From assembly GCF_036321535.1 (NCBI RefSeq), contig NC_087437.1:74030001-74094000 (forward strand): 64,000 bases of DNA. Reading direction: 5' to 3'. The notes below the pieces were generated by a model that saw only the letters and a program-made list of their open reading frames with translations, had not been told where the DNA came from and made no database searches. Origin of the DNA: Camelus dromedarius (taxonomy: Eukaryota). Position numbers and translations under genes: made by a program. Of the stretch, positions 28,351 through 41,419 are shown one piece after another; position 1 is the first letter of the stretch, and the number at the start of each line of letters is the position of its first letter.

Positions 28351-28914
28351 TGACGGGGGTGGTATGGAGAGAGAGAGAGACGGGAGATTGATTTATGGGA
28401 GAAGAGGGAAGAAACTTCTTTAGTTTGCCCACTTTAAAATTTAGAGATAGATTCCTAACTAGCCTTGGGTCAGCCTCTTACCTAAACATCAAATTCCCCT
28501 TCTGTAGCAACAGAAGATACAGTGGGTACTGCAGTCGCTCACTTAAGAATACGAAGAGGTAAAAGGAAGCCTAATAGGCAGTAAGTTTCCTTAGAATTAG
28601 TGCTGCGTTGGGTTTTTGTGCTTCCTCTTTCATTTGTACCTATCTGTTTCTCTAGACACACTAGGGATTTTTGCTATGACTACAATGTGCCCAGCTTCCA
28701 ATAAGAGCAGTATATTGGGATAGGTATTGCTCATATTAGAACAAAACAGATCGGTTCTCCTAGAAGAGCTACAAAAGCACAGATTCAGCGTGAATAACTG
28801 CCACAGGAAGCATATTTTAATCAAAGAATGTCAATTTAGACTGCTTAGTTTGTGCTTTTGAAATGCGCTTTCTCTAGAATTCACGGAGATAATCTGTCCT
28901 TTTGCGAGAAACCT

Positions 28915-29120
28915 TACAGTGGTTAAGAGAGTGAGTTGTAAAGCTAGATTCCTGGTTTTGCATTCCTGCACATCTGTTTAATAACGAAAGCAAGTATTTA
29001 TCTTCTCTGTGCCTCAAGTTCATCAGTAAAATGGGAATGCCACCGGAAAAGTTTTCTATAGAGATGTTATGAAAATTTGATTAGTTTAAACATATAAAAT
29101 ACTTAGGATGGTATGCAATA
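28915..29120 (+). mobile_element. MIR
   Basis: cagtggttaagagag...ctagattcctggtttt...gcaagtatttatcttctctgtgcctcaagttcatcagtaaaatggga. Confidence 0.8.
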
Positions 29121-30471
29121 AATTAAGATTCATTTTTACAGTAGAACCAATACTGTTTTCTAAGTTAGGGATTTTGTCCATAAATTCTTCTACAATTTGT
29201 AAGAGCTGCTGACTTTGGCTTCATAGATTTATCTGAGTAACTTATTATGGCCTTATAAAAAGATATTAAAACTTTAAATGACTATTTCACATGATATTGC
29301 CATCGAGAGTATACCCATAAGTGGAAATATAATTAATGTTTTTGGTTGAACAGGAATCAAAAAACCAATGTGCTCCTAAGAAAATGTATATGCACCGTGA
29401 ATTGTGGGACAGGAAAGAGAAGAAGGGAGAGAGTGGAAGGGGCAGAGGACTTAAGTCTGTCAAGATTTGCCATCAACTCAAGAAAGCTGCTGCAGGATCA
29501 TAGCAGAGCAAATGAAGTTAACATATTATTGAGGAAGTGAGTGCAGTTGGGGTGAAGAGGGAAATGGTAAACTGTCCACTGTCTTTTTAAAAACATAATT
29601 TAATATTTTTCATCCTGTAAATTACAGAGTTTCAGGGAACTCTCATTCCTACACAACTAATTGCTTCTCTGGGCACATGCATTCTCTGAATTTTTATACT
29701 TAATTAGTTGCCGATCAACCCACCCATCAGTCAAATCAGTTGTTAATCCTCAAAATCCAGTTCAGACAAAATTTTGCTTAAAATTTTTAAGCATTAATTT
29801 GACAAACAGAAAAGTGGTCAAATCCACTGAAGCTAATCATAAATGTTTCTCATGAACACATAAGATCATGGATCATTATTTCCTTCTTAGAAACATTTTT
29901 TCATTCTTTTACAGATGCACCTAATATCATTCATTTGTAGGTACCAGACTATACATAAAATTTTCAGGAAGTTCTTATTGTTTCCTTTTTAATTTTTTAA
30001 CATGTATATATGTATGTCAACCAGAACAATTTTATCTTATGCTATCTTCCTAGGGAAAACAGCTCCCTAGACTAAGAAAATAGTCAGCATCTGTTTTTGG
30101 AACAAAATGCTATGATTCTAAGTACAAGATTTCTATGGAAATTATTATTTTTTTAAGTTGGACTTTTAGAAAATAAAATTTAGGGCCAATTCTTCTGCCA
30201 GAGGTCTCTCAGATATTCATTTCCCTATCTGACAGTTTGAGAGCAAGAAAATGGGGCAAACTGTTACTGACATTTTTTAAAAGGCAGACTCTTTTTAGTG
30301 TTGTTTTTATCAAGAATGGCTAAAGTGTATAGGAAGAAATAATAATAATCAGTATTATCCATCACACATAAAACATTATGTAAAAATTAATATGCACGCT
30401 AAAGGATCTTCTCAACAGGAAAATCTACAAATGTTAATCACTGGAAGTATGGAAAGTGTGATTTCCATAAC

Positions 30472-30660
30472 CAATCATGTGCTGGTAAATATGTAATAAC
30501 TGGCTCTCCAGGGAAGCAAAAGCTCTAATTTGTAGCGTTTTATCAATGTCTGTGGTGTAAATACTCGCACCATGGCTCATTTCAAGCTACTAAAGTGATG
30601 TTCATCAGCTCACAAAATTCCTAAAAACTTTAACAATTGTTTAACTACATTATACCACTG
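30472..30660 (-). mobile_element. hAT MITE (MER63A-like)
   Basis: tgtgctggtaaatatgtaataactggctctcc...tttgtagcgttt...tggtgtaaatactcgcaccatggctcatttcaagctac...caccactg-like end (ataccactg). Confidence 0.8.
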
Positions 30661-31829
30661 CACCCACACTCTAGACTATTTCTGCTGCTGATTCCATTTT
30701 ATGAATTCTAGTTCAAATTTCTATCAGGAAACATATAAAGGTACAAAAGCCTTAGCATATAATAAAGGTGTGCTTTGACAAGGTTTCTTGTATTTGTTCT
30801 CAAAGTTTTGCATTTTTATTTCTATCATTTTCTGTTATAGATGTTCAATGTATGCTTTACCATATATTTCACAGTTCATTTCCCATCCCTTGAACTGTGT
30901 CAATCCACCAGATGGTATAATTTTGCTAGTACTTCATTTGTTACGAGAGTGCTTCATTCTGGTACTTATTAATTACGAGCAAGGCTGTATGCATGTGGGT
31001 GGAAGGCACTCTGGGTAAGTCTGCTGTTCACAGGTGATTACAATGAAGAGTAAGATTAAAGATGAGTTATGATTCCATCTCTGTTTGCCCTTCCAAAATG
31101 TTTGCTTTTCCCAAAGTAATGCTTATAAAAATCAAACTTAATTTCAAAGCAATTCACAAACACTCTGGAATTAAGAGCCAATTCCAAAGTTACTCAAAAT
31201 AATATTTAAATTCACATTTCATTTAATAGAGCTTGGACTGGCTAATTAACTATATAACAAGATAAGCTTTAGTCAAAGATGAGTCAAAATGTTTAATTCA
31301 GTCAAAATAAGAAAGTTACTATATGTCTCATTGCAAATAATAGTTTTTCTCAAGAATGCCTCTTAATTAAGCAAAAACTCATTTTGTCTCCTTTTTTCCT
31401 CTTTTTTCCTCCTTATTCTCCATTGTGTGGCATCTTTCCTGTTGATTTGCTTGTCGCTTTTACACATATTTAATTCAACACTCCTCAAGAGTATCTGTCA
31501 AAGTATTCTGCATCATCTCATGTATTTTTTTCTTTTATGAGACCCCATAAATCTAATTTTCATATCAGTAATTTTCTAAAACTCATTGTTATATACACAA
31601 AGTTACTGTTGTTCAAATTTCCCTTATAATAGTGTTGAAATGAGAAGTTCCTTGACTTTATATTCTCTACCCATCACTCAGACATCTCTTAACATTCTGT
31701 ATTGAAATTAATCACGTTAATTTGAACACATATGATATGCTACATAACTTTCCATGTCAAACTATCCCAGCTTTACTAAATGGTGATAGGCGAATAGTAA
31801 TAGTTAAAAATGTCAACTGATTTAAAAAC

Positions 31830-32015
31830 TGTACTTGGAGCTTTCTCTCAATCAGTTATCATCTATTTCACAAAGTGGTTATGTTATCCACAATTCGTGA
31901 ATGAGGAAATTGAGACTTACAGAAATCCAGAAACTATATAGCTAGTAAGCAGAAAAATCAGAATTAAACCAAGTTCTGTCTGAGTTAGCGCCTGTTTTCT
32001 TTCCACAATACCATA
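31830..32015 (-). mobile_element. MIR
   Basis: atgaggaaattgagacttacaga...gctagtaagcagaaaaatcagaattaaaccaagttctgtctga. Confidence 0.75.
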
Positions 32016-32599
32016 CTATCTTTTAAAATTAATAAATCACTGATGACAGTACCATAACCATGTTATCTTTCTTTAAGAAGTGTTTCTTTATATGAAAACT
32101 AAATCCATCAGAAGAAATATTTCCCTCGCTTCAAGATAAAACTTTAGATGTTATAGGAGTAGTGACTGTAAATAGAGAGTTGGGATTTTGATCTGCCAAT
32201 ATTTGTACTAAGTGGAATTTCTGACAGGTTGGATTCTTGGTTAAGCAAGCCAAGGACCTGCTGTTTCTGCAGGAAGGAAAGAGAAATCAAATGAAAAAGG
32301 CTGAAGCTTTTAAATTGGGTTATGGAACAGCTGAGAATAACAAGCATGTGATAGGGCTTTGGAAGGCACTAAGAATAAAGAGAAACAGTATAATTTCATC
32401 AAGGTTTATCTGCTAATAAGGAAACACATGAGAGAAAGACATTTCGAGTAAATGCTACTCATCCAAGAAAGAAAGAAATGCAAGAAATTCGCTCAGACCA
32501 GAGACTAGGAGACAATAGGAGACAGACAGCGTAGGGTGCAGTCTGAGATAAAATGATGGTTAAGATTGAAATAAATCAGAAAGAACACTTCTGCTTTTT

Positions 32600-32915
32600 T
32601 GACCACAAGGGTATTAGGGGAAAGTAGACTAAGGGATTCTTGGGCAGCTAAATTGGAGCAGAGAATCCACTTCCAAGATGGTTCAATTACAAGGCTTGAC
32701 AGTTGTAACTCTCAATTCCTCTCTGTGTGGAGCTCCCCACAGATAGTTTCGGCTCCTGCGCAGCATGTGTGGCAAGAGATAGAAAGAAGCTGTTAGCTTC
32801 TTAAGGCCAGGGCCTGAAAACTGTCACAGCATCACTTTCTCCATATTCTACTAGTCAAGCAGTCACACAGCCCAGATTCAAGGGGAAGGGAGTCATGACC
32901 CACCTCTCAGTAGAT
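32600..32915 (-). mobile_element. MaLR LTR (old MLT1 subfamily)
   Basis: gaatccacttccaagatgg...tcacagcatcactttctccatattctactagtcaagcagtcac...cccagattcaagggga. Confidence 0.75.
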
Positions 32916-33289
32916 TTTTAGGTCGTATTTTAAAATTGCCAAAGTCATCTAGCCTGTATTTGAAGGCTTCCATTAGTGATTATAACGTCCAGTGCAAATC
33001 ATTCCACCTTGATAACTGTTCTGTAATCTGTGTTCTTGTATTTTTATTACTTCCTCACCGTCTCTGGTTCTGCATGTTAAGTCTACGTAGGACAGTCTTC
33101 TCCATACAGGGGCCTTTAAAGTAGTGGAAAAGAGACACTATGTCTCTACACTTATTCTGCCTTAAACCCTAACTATAATATGAAAATATTCCTGGCATGT
33201 GCTATTAAGTGCTCCTGGTTCTTGGAATTGTTTCTTTACTATCATGGTCAAATGGCCCTTAAAATACTTGATTGTGTACATCCATTCCA

Positions 33290-33440
33290 AAGCATAGCTC
33301 TAGGAACTGCGGACAACACTCCAGGTGTAGTTTGACCAGCACAGAAATAGAACAGGAATATGATCATTCTTTCTTACCTGTATTTTAAATTTTAAGTGCA
33401 AATCAGCTGCCATAGCAACTATGTTACCCTGTACACACTT
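33290..33440 (-). mobile_element. CR1/L3 fragment
   Basis: aactgcggacaacactccaggtgtagtttgaccagcacaga resembles the reverse L3 motif. Confidence 0.45.
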
Positions 33441-34899
33441 ATCAAATACATTTTTAGCTAATATCTATAGCTATTTTTTATTCCTCCTCTTGCTCTATTT
33501 AATTTTAAGAGTACACTGTGTTTTCCTGGGAAATAATTATGTTCCAAATAAAAACGCTCCCATCATTTTTGTCTATATCCACTTCTATTAATATTAAAGG
33601 ATTTTTTATAAATCAAAATATTATGTGAATAATATCATTTAATTTCAAGCTTTCTTGATTATTAAATAATGTATAAATATAGCACACATAGCAACTTACA
33701 AGTTACTAAATCTTTCTTGTAATATCCTTCCTGATTTTTAAAGAAATCTGGCCAGATGGTATACAACAAGAATTACGTAAATGTTCCACACTTGTATGTC
33801 CTGTACCTGTGAATAATTGTTAAAAAAAATTAAAGTGCTAAAGTGTGATATCAGACCATGTATATCTTTTAAGCTCTAGAGACACAAAAAAGTTAAGAGA
33901 TTTAATAAATAGAAAATAAAAATTTTAACTTTAAGTCAGTGGATAACATAGGAGACTGGATAATCTCCATTTGTCCCTTCTCAAGTTCCTGACGTTTACT
34001 GTCCATGTTACCTTCTCAAGTGGGATGGATAAAGAGAAGAGACATGCTCTCCTTGAGAATATCGAGGTCAGGGCTTATCAATATTTTATGGATCTCAGCA
34101 TTACCCTGGGTGTCTATTAAACAAGCACAGATCCTTCTCCCCCAGGGTTCTGAGCCAGTCACATTAGAGGGAAGGGGAGGCCACTGGTATATGCGTGGTG
34201 AATGCTGCCCGCCCGTAAGTCTGATGTCAGTCTTTCGTGGGTCACACCTTCAGATGCACGACTCCAGCCACCATCATTACTACTCCAGCATTTTCAGTAC
34301 GATGTATTATCTACACTGCCACCCCTATGTGTGCAGGCTAAGCCACTCAGTGCCTTTAACAGTTTATCTGACCTCCCTCCCCAGTTTCCTGCATGCTTCA
34401 ACTTCAGGGCTTTCATTTCTTCCCACATGCTGCCTTCTCCTTCATGATCGGGTTGTTTCATTTTGTTTTTTGGTTTTTTTTTCTGAAAAGAATCAGTTGT
34501 CTTTCTTTCACATCTTTTTCTTTTGTTCCCCCTTAAGGCCTCTAGAAACATCAGTTTTCAGACCCTTCTCTGGTGTACAGCTGTATTTCCACCCTTGCCA
34601 GGAAGAGGGTAAAGGTTATGAAGCATTACGGCGAGAACTATGAGCACACATGGCTGGGCTTTCTCCAGGCTAAAACTCCATAGGCCTGTTTCCCTCTGCC
34701 ACGATGCTATGATCTGGCTCCTTACAAACTATTTTTTTCATGAAAAGGTAACATCTACTATCCAATACATTATTTTCTGTAACTCTTTCGATGAAATCAT
34801 GTTTGTCTTTTAACTATTTCATGACCTTGATTACATTAAAATGTTTTAAAATAAAATTTAAAATAAAAATGTTTTAAAATAAAAATAGATTAAAAAAAT

Positions 34900-35070
34900 T
34901 TCTTCTGCATAGCACAGGGAGCTATATTCAATACCTTGCAATACCCTTTAATGAAAGAATATGAAAATGAATATATGTATGTATATGCATGACTGGGACA
35001 TTATGCTGTACACTAGAAAGTGACACATTCTAACTGACTATACTTCAATAAAAAAATTTTTAATAAAAAA
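34900..35070 (+). mobile_element. Young L1 3' terminal fragment (camelid-type)
   Basis: atagcacagggagctatattcaataccttg...catgactgggacattatgctgtacac...taactgactatacttcaataaaaaaa. Confidence 0.85.
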
Positions 35071-36989
35071 ATTTTATTCCCAGAATAAGCTAAAATTGTC
35101 AGAACTGTCCCTAGTGCATTGCTTATTTATACATTGCTGCATTCAGATTGCTAATATTTCTCTTCTCTGAAGGTATCTGTATAATTTAGAAATATCTACA
35201 ATATGAATGTTTAACAGAACTTTCTAAATATTCATTCAAGCTTGATCTTTTCATTTGGAGAGGGTGTTCAACTACTATATAAAATTTAAAATATATATAT
35301 AAAAGAAAGAGAAAAAGACTTCTTTCTCTATTTGGTTTTAGTATATTTTTATAGAAAAGTTACATTTCCCACATTTTCAAATTGATTGGCGTAACATTAT
35401 TCTTAATTTTTCTTATCTTGTTATCTTTTTATGCTACTATAGTTTCATTTCCATTTTTCACTCCTACTGCTATTTATTCATGTTTTCTATCTCTCTTTTT
35501 TTCTTTCCTTTTTTTGCCTTATAAATTTTGCCAGGGCGTGGCTAATTTAATCAGTTTTCAAAAGAACAAATCTTTGTTGATCATTCTAAAATAGCTTCTG
35601 CTTTTCTTATTTCACGAATATTAACTCATCTTTAATATTTCACTTAACTATAACTTCATTTTGTTTATTTTGTTTGTATTTTGCTGAATTTAGTTGTCAG
35701 ACACTCATTTTAGCTTTTCTTCTTTTCTAGTATAAAATACTTAATACTACAGAGTTGTTTTTAAGTAGGTAACTATAGCTTTATAAAATTTAGATACAAT
35801 ATTTTTGTTATCACTAAATACTGACATTTAAAAGTTTCCATTATGATTTCCTTTTTTCACATATGAGCTATTCAGGTAATTTTGCTAAATTTTTCAATTG
35901 CATTTTCCTGATTTTCTAATTTTTCTGATTTGCTATGTTTTGTTATTGTTATTGATGTGTAAGTTAACTGCATTGTAGTCAGATGATACACTATGATATA
36001 AATTATTAAAATATTACTAAGATCTGTTTTATAGCCTTGTAAAGAGGGTCTAATTTTTATTATGGTATTATACATATAAGGATTAGATAACTCTTGTTAG
36101 CTATGTTGTTAAAATAGTCTAGACCCTTACTATCTTTTTGTGTGCTTCATCTGTAAATTGCTGAGAGAGGTATGCTGCTGTGTTATACAGTTTTAGGGGA
36201 TTTGTTGATTTTAGTTTTCTTTATATATCTTAGAGATTTGTTATTAGCTATGTGGCACTTTAGAATTTCTTTCTAGTAGGTGAAATAATTTTATCCATAA
36301 ATAATAAAACTTTATATTTCTAGCAATGCTTTTTGACTTAAATTCTAAATTTTTTTATCTAGTTTTTTTCCTTCTTTTGCTTAGCATTATTTCAGTATTT
36401 TTTTCTATCCTTTTATTTTCAAACTTTCTCTACCTTAAATTTATGTGTACTTCTTATAAGCTTCATATTACTAAGTATTTTAAGTTTTCTGACAATCTTT
36501 AGTCTCTTAATTGATAAATTGGTCTACTGTATTATTATTATTGATGTATTTGGATTTGTTAATTTATGCTTTCTATTGTTTTCTACTTTATGCCTATCTT
36601 TTAAATTCTTCTGGATTGTCTGCTTTTATTAAACTCTTCTTTTTAAAATTTTTTCTTCACTCTATTTTTCCTTCTTTACTAGCTTGGGTGGTGTTTTCAC
36701 TTTTTAATTTCTATTATTACAAGAGTTAAACTTAAAATTTTGACTTGATTATTTATATACCCACACTTAAGTTGATCAATATGTTTACTATCCAAAAATT
36801 TAAAAAGCTTTAGGATCAACAATACTCCATTGTATCTTCATAATATTGTAATGATATTGATGTTTTGTTGCTAGTTATTGGGGACTCATAACACTCCTCA
36901 ATATTCTGAAAGAATTGGTGAAAGATTGGTGATATTTCTTCATTAAATGTTTGATAAATTCATTAGAAACCTCATCATCTGGTCCTGAA

Positions 36990-37003
36990 GTGTGTGAGAG
37001 ACA

Positions 37004-37044
<41 letters not shown>

Positions 37045-37049
37045 GGAGA
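36990..37049. repeat. Compound (TG)n(AG)n microsatellite
   Basis: Read directly from the sequence. Confidence 0.95.
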
Positions 37050-37211
37050 AAAGTTGTAACAGACACAGCAATATTCAGATTTTCTGGTGTATACTGTATC
37101 AGTTTTTGATTACTTGTATTTTTTGAATAAATTTGTTCATTTGAGTTGTCAAACTTCTTTGCATAAATTTGTTCATAATATATCTGTAAGATCTATATTG
37201 AAAACTTTAAA

Positions 37212-38100
37212 AAAATTTTAAATTGAAGTATAGTTGGATTACAATATTGTGTTCATTTATGACATACAACGTAGTGATTCATTTATATATTATATGCATA
37301 TTTTTTCATATTCTTTTTCATTATAGACCATTACAAGCTACTGAATATAGTTCCCTGTGCTATACAGTAGGACCTTGTTGTTTACCTATTTTATATACAG
37401 TATTCAATATCTGCAAATTCCAAACTCCCAACTTATACTCCCCACTCCGTTTCCCCTGGTAACTGTTAAGTTTGTTTTCTATGTCTGTGAGTCTGTCTCT
37501 ATTCTGTAAATAAGTTCATTGTGTCTTTTTTTTTTTTATTTTTAGATTCCACATATAAGTGATATCATATGGCATTTTTCTTTCTTTTTATGGCTTACTT
37601 TACTTAGTATGATATCTCCAGGTACATCCATATTGCGGCAAATGATACTATGTTATTCTTTTTTATGGCTAAGTAGTATTCCATTGCATAAATATACCAC
37701 AGCTTCTTTATCCAGTCATCTGTTGAGATATTAGGTTGTTTCCATGTCTTGGCTATTGTATATAGTGCTGCTATGAACATTGGGGTGTATGTATCTTTTT
37801 AAATTAGAGTTCCCTCTGTATATATGCCCAGGTGTGGGATTGCTGGATCATATGGTGAATCTACTTTTAGTTTTTCTAAGGAATTTCCATACTGTTTTCC
37901 ATAATGGCTGCACCAAACTACATTACTACCAACAGTGTAAAAGGGTTCCCTTTACTCCACACCCTCTCCAGCATTTATTGATTGTGGATTTTTTAATGAT
38001 TTTTTAAAAAAAAAGAAATAAGAGTTATCCAAAAAACCCAATCCAAAAATGGGCAGAAGATATAAAGAAACATTTCTCCAGTGAAGATTACATGCAGATT
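37212..38100 (-). mobile_element. L1 3' end (minus, ~37212-38000) with a short inverted ORF2 piece (plus, 38031-38100)
   Basis: aattgaagtatagttggattacaatattgtg...ttccctgtgctatacagtagg...ccacaccctctccagcatttattg (reverse), then plus-strand aacccaatccaaaaatgggcagaaga...catttctcca. Confidence 0.9.
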
Positions 38101-40599
38101 GAGGACGTAAATTATCAGTATCAGAAATAAGAGTTATCCTGCAGCAACATGGATGCTCCTGGATAACTCTTATTTCTGCATGTATAATCTGCATGTCTCC
38201 CTACCTATCTAGTGTTTTTCTTTTCTTTTAATTATCTAAAAATCAACTTTTGACTTTATTTATCTGCTCTATTGTTTGTCTGTCTTCCATTTCACTGGTT
38301 TATTCTTTAGGTTCATTATTTTATTTTTTTTAACTTATATTTTATTTTATTTGCTTTCCTTTTCCTAGCATTTCAAGATGCTTGGATTTTAGGAATTTCT
38401 TCTTTCCTTATAAAAGCATTTAAAACTAGTATTTCAATTCATGCACATCTGTGGATGCATTCAACACAATTAATATTTTAAATTTTCATTATTATGTAAT
38501 TTTTTCAAAATATTTTCAAATCGTCCTACCTATTTGGTATGGTTGTCCCATATTTTGCATCTTCCCAAATTTATAATTTTCAGTCCTACAAATTTATAAT
38601 CATTCTTATTGTTTAGATTAATACACATACCTTCTATCTAACTTCTGGCATAATTTTTCCTCTTCCTGAGTTCCATCTTTCAGCTGTTGCTGTCTGTTGG
38701 GAGTGATGTCTCCCAGTCTCAATTGTTTTAAAAAGTCTACATTTTGCCATTACTCTTGAACGATAGGTACCCTGGGCATACAGTTATTTGTTTTCATCTC
38801 TTCCTTCATTGTTTTGAGGATATGGAGAGTAAGGCATTACAAGGGATAATACAAAAACTGTGGTGGTGCAGATGGTGGACCCAATATGTAAAATATATCT
38901 GCATATGTCAGATTAAGTCCAACCTCTATTTGTGCCCTTGTTCGTTTTTTATATTAAGATCTCTTGAAGTTTAGGCGTCAGACTTGTTACTTTCGTTTTG
39001 CATTAGCCAATGCACAAAATATTGACTGTACATCCTTCAAATCCAAAGATAAAGTGTTACACGTGGCACAGAATATTCACTATATTTTTGAAGACTTGAT
39101 GACACATGAAATCAGTAACTGCTACTTTTCACTAATCATTTTTGTCCAAAATGATGCTTAACCTGGATGGAACTTCAAAGCTAAGTGGTACTTCTTGTAA
39201 ACAAATGGTTCTGATGCTTGTTTATTTTAGTGGGGAGTTGTATGATCTGAAGAAAAAACTCCTATTCTAAAAATCTGTGCCATATTAGTAGCAGTATAAG
39301 ATATTGTAATATGAATTTTCCCTATCATTTGAAAAATATTCAATTCTGCTGTAGAAGACAAGAAAACTAGCATGAATGTAACTCATAAATGGTGATAAGC
39401 CAAGATAACAAGTAAGCTCATATATTACGAGTTGTAGGCTAAACTCATGATATGTTAACTATAGATAATGAGTAAACAAGTAGCGTATGAGACAGAGGCA
39501 AAATCTATAAGCTGAGCTAAATATAAATAAAAAAATAATAATCTATGGGACATGTAAAGATGGAAAAATAAATCATAATGTATGCTGAAATAAAGACAAA
39601 AAGAAATTGAAAGGTTATATATTGATAATGCATCTTGTGGACTAAAAGCTGTCTCATCCCTACATCTACAACCCACTGGTGACACCTAGTGTAGTTCCAT
39701 TATGGCCCCAGATACGCTCTACTCCAAAAAGGTAGATAATACCCATAATTACTCAGCAGAGTAACTGGCAAGCTGCTTGCCTCTGCATCCCTCTGACAGA
39801 GTACTGTGTGTCATTGGCTCTGGCACCTTTTGTCTATGAGCCCCTTGAACATATTTCATCTCTGATTCTCTAAATCACATCATCAGGAGGGAAGGATGTG
39901 GTGGCCAAGGGAGAGACAGAACATTTGAACACTGAAAAAAACAGGATTCATGCGGCAGGGCTTTCTCCCGTGTACAACCTGTTCTAACTTATTCTAATTG
40001 TATCAGCCTATCTCATCTTTCTATTTCTTCTTGCTTTGACTTTTAAATATATTCAACAAATGGTGTTTCTGTCTGTAATAAACTAGAACTTTTTGTTCTG
40101 TGATCTCTGGGGTAGTTTGTCCATGAATGTGTTCAGATCATTGCATGAGGTAATGTCCTTCCTTATATGATAGGTGATGATAAAATAATTAAAGCATATT
40201 TGCTAATACTCTTTAAAAGAGATATTTAAACCCAATTATTAAGAAATTTGGAAGTCAGAAATGCAACATATGCTAGGATTAGAAATATCCAGTTGTACTT
40301 ATTATAGCAAATCAATATTTATCTGTGTGACCTCTCTCTAACCTTGACCAATACCAGATATTTCCAAGGATGAAAGGAAAAATAAATCTTCCATAAAGCT
40401 GTTAATTAATCTTTGGATTATCTTGGGTGGCATTTCTGATACCATCTGGACATGATCATATGTCCTGGAGAATGGGAACTTGTGATCCATACATATCATT
40501 TTAATCTCTATTTATATAATTACAGATAGTTTGCTTTTTATAAATCTGTAATCCTTTTCTAAAATAGTGTTCTATCCCAATGGAATCTACATACTGATA

Positions 40600-40835
40600 G
40601 CATATCAAAAGCTACATTCCAATGATGCCTGCAATATTTCACTAACTGGCTCTTGTCTGAATTGTGTCAGTGCCCACACATCTATCATATACTTGTCATC
40701 AGATCACTCTTGCTAAGGAGATGCTTTGAGTCACTCTCATGTTTAAAATGTTTCAGTGGATCCAAGTTTGGATTCAACAAAGCACACATGTCTTATTCTG
40801 GAATTTCAAAACATTAGAGAATCAGGCCTTGCCTC
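40600..40835 (+). mobile_element. L2 fragment
   Basis: ctgcaatatttcactaactggctc...tgagtcactctcatgtttaaaatgtttcagtgg. Confidence 0.5.
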
Positions 40836-40939
40836 TGTTCCAGATATATTTATTATTATTATTATAAATAAAAGTTATGGCTGCAATGCTTGAATGCTTG
40901 ATCAACTCCCCAAATCCAACAAATCCTAAGAAAGTATGA

Positions 40940-41105
40940 AATTTGGAACTACAGGTTTATGTCTGTGTTCTGTTACAATCCAGTCATTACTTAATATTTT
41001 AAGCAATAGTCTTATCATCTAAAAATGCGAAGATCATAATTGTAATTATAATCATACACACAATTATAGTATTTTCACAAGGTTGTAAAGATTAAGTTAG
41101 ATAAT
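40940..41105 (+). mobile_element. MIR
   Basis: cagtcattacttaat...tcatctaaaaatgcgaagatcataat...tcacaaggttgtaaagattaagttagataat. Confidence 0.6.
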
Positions 41106-41419
41106 CTCTCTCTTCCTCTCTTTCACTCTCAGTGTTTCAAAACACTGTTCTGTGGATCAGCTACATCTACATTTTAAGAATCCCCCTAGGGTCCTTAAAA
41201 TTCACTCCTTCCTCATACCTAGATAAATAATAATTCTACTTTCTCCTTAAAGCTTTTCCTCTCTTTTATTGGTCTTACTTCATTGGACAAAAAAAAGCTG
41301 GGTTGAGTCCCTTCACAGTGTCGTAACGGGATTTGAGCTTTAATGATTGCAAATGCACTGTGGGGCAATGTATATAAGATTGAGAACTAGGATTCTTGCT
41401 AACTAAATAATCAAGATGT

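Larger units (their letters stand above)
34740..38830 (-). mobile_element. Old L1 ORF2/ORF1 remnants (probably more than one element) hosting younger L1 insertions
   Basis: Reverse-L1 motifs: attgctgcattcagattgctaatattt; tttcaaaagaacaaatctttg; tgctgagagaggtatg; tttcttcattaaatgtttgataaattca. Confidence 0.7.

Noticed and set aside
30875..31014. Plus-strand exon ending at TGG|gtaagt
   Set aside because: Isolated consensus donor with an unrecognisable peptide; such sites are common by chance.
34005..34643. 212-aa ORF, the longest in the window
   Set aside because: No recognisable domain, a low-complexity Phe/Leu/Ser stretch from T-runs, and no supporting gene structure.
38014..38178. CRISPR-like or miRNA-like repeat structure
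   Set aside because: Only three copies of a 17-mer in mixed orientation with L1-derived spacers, in a mammalian context; explained as an insertion junction.
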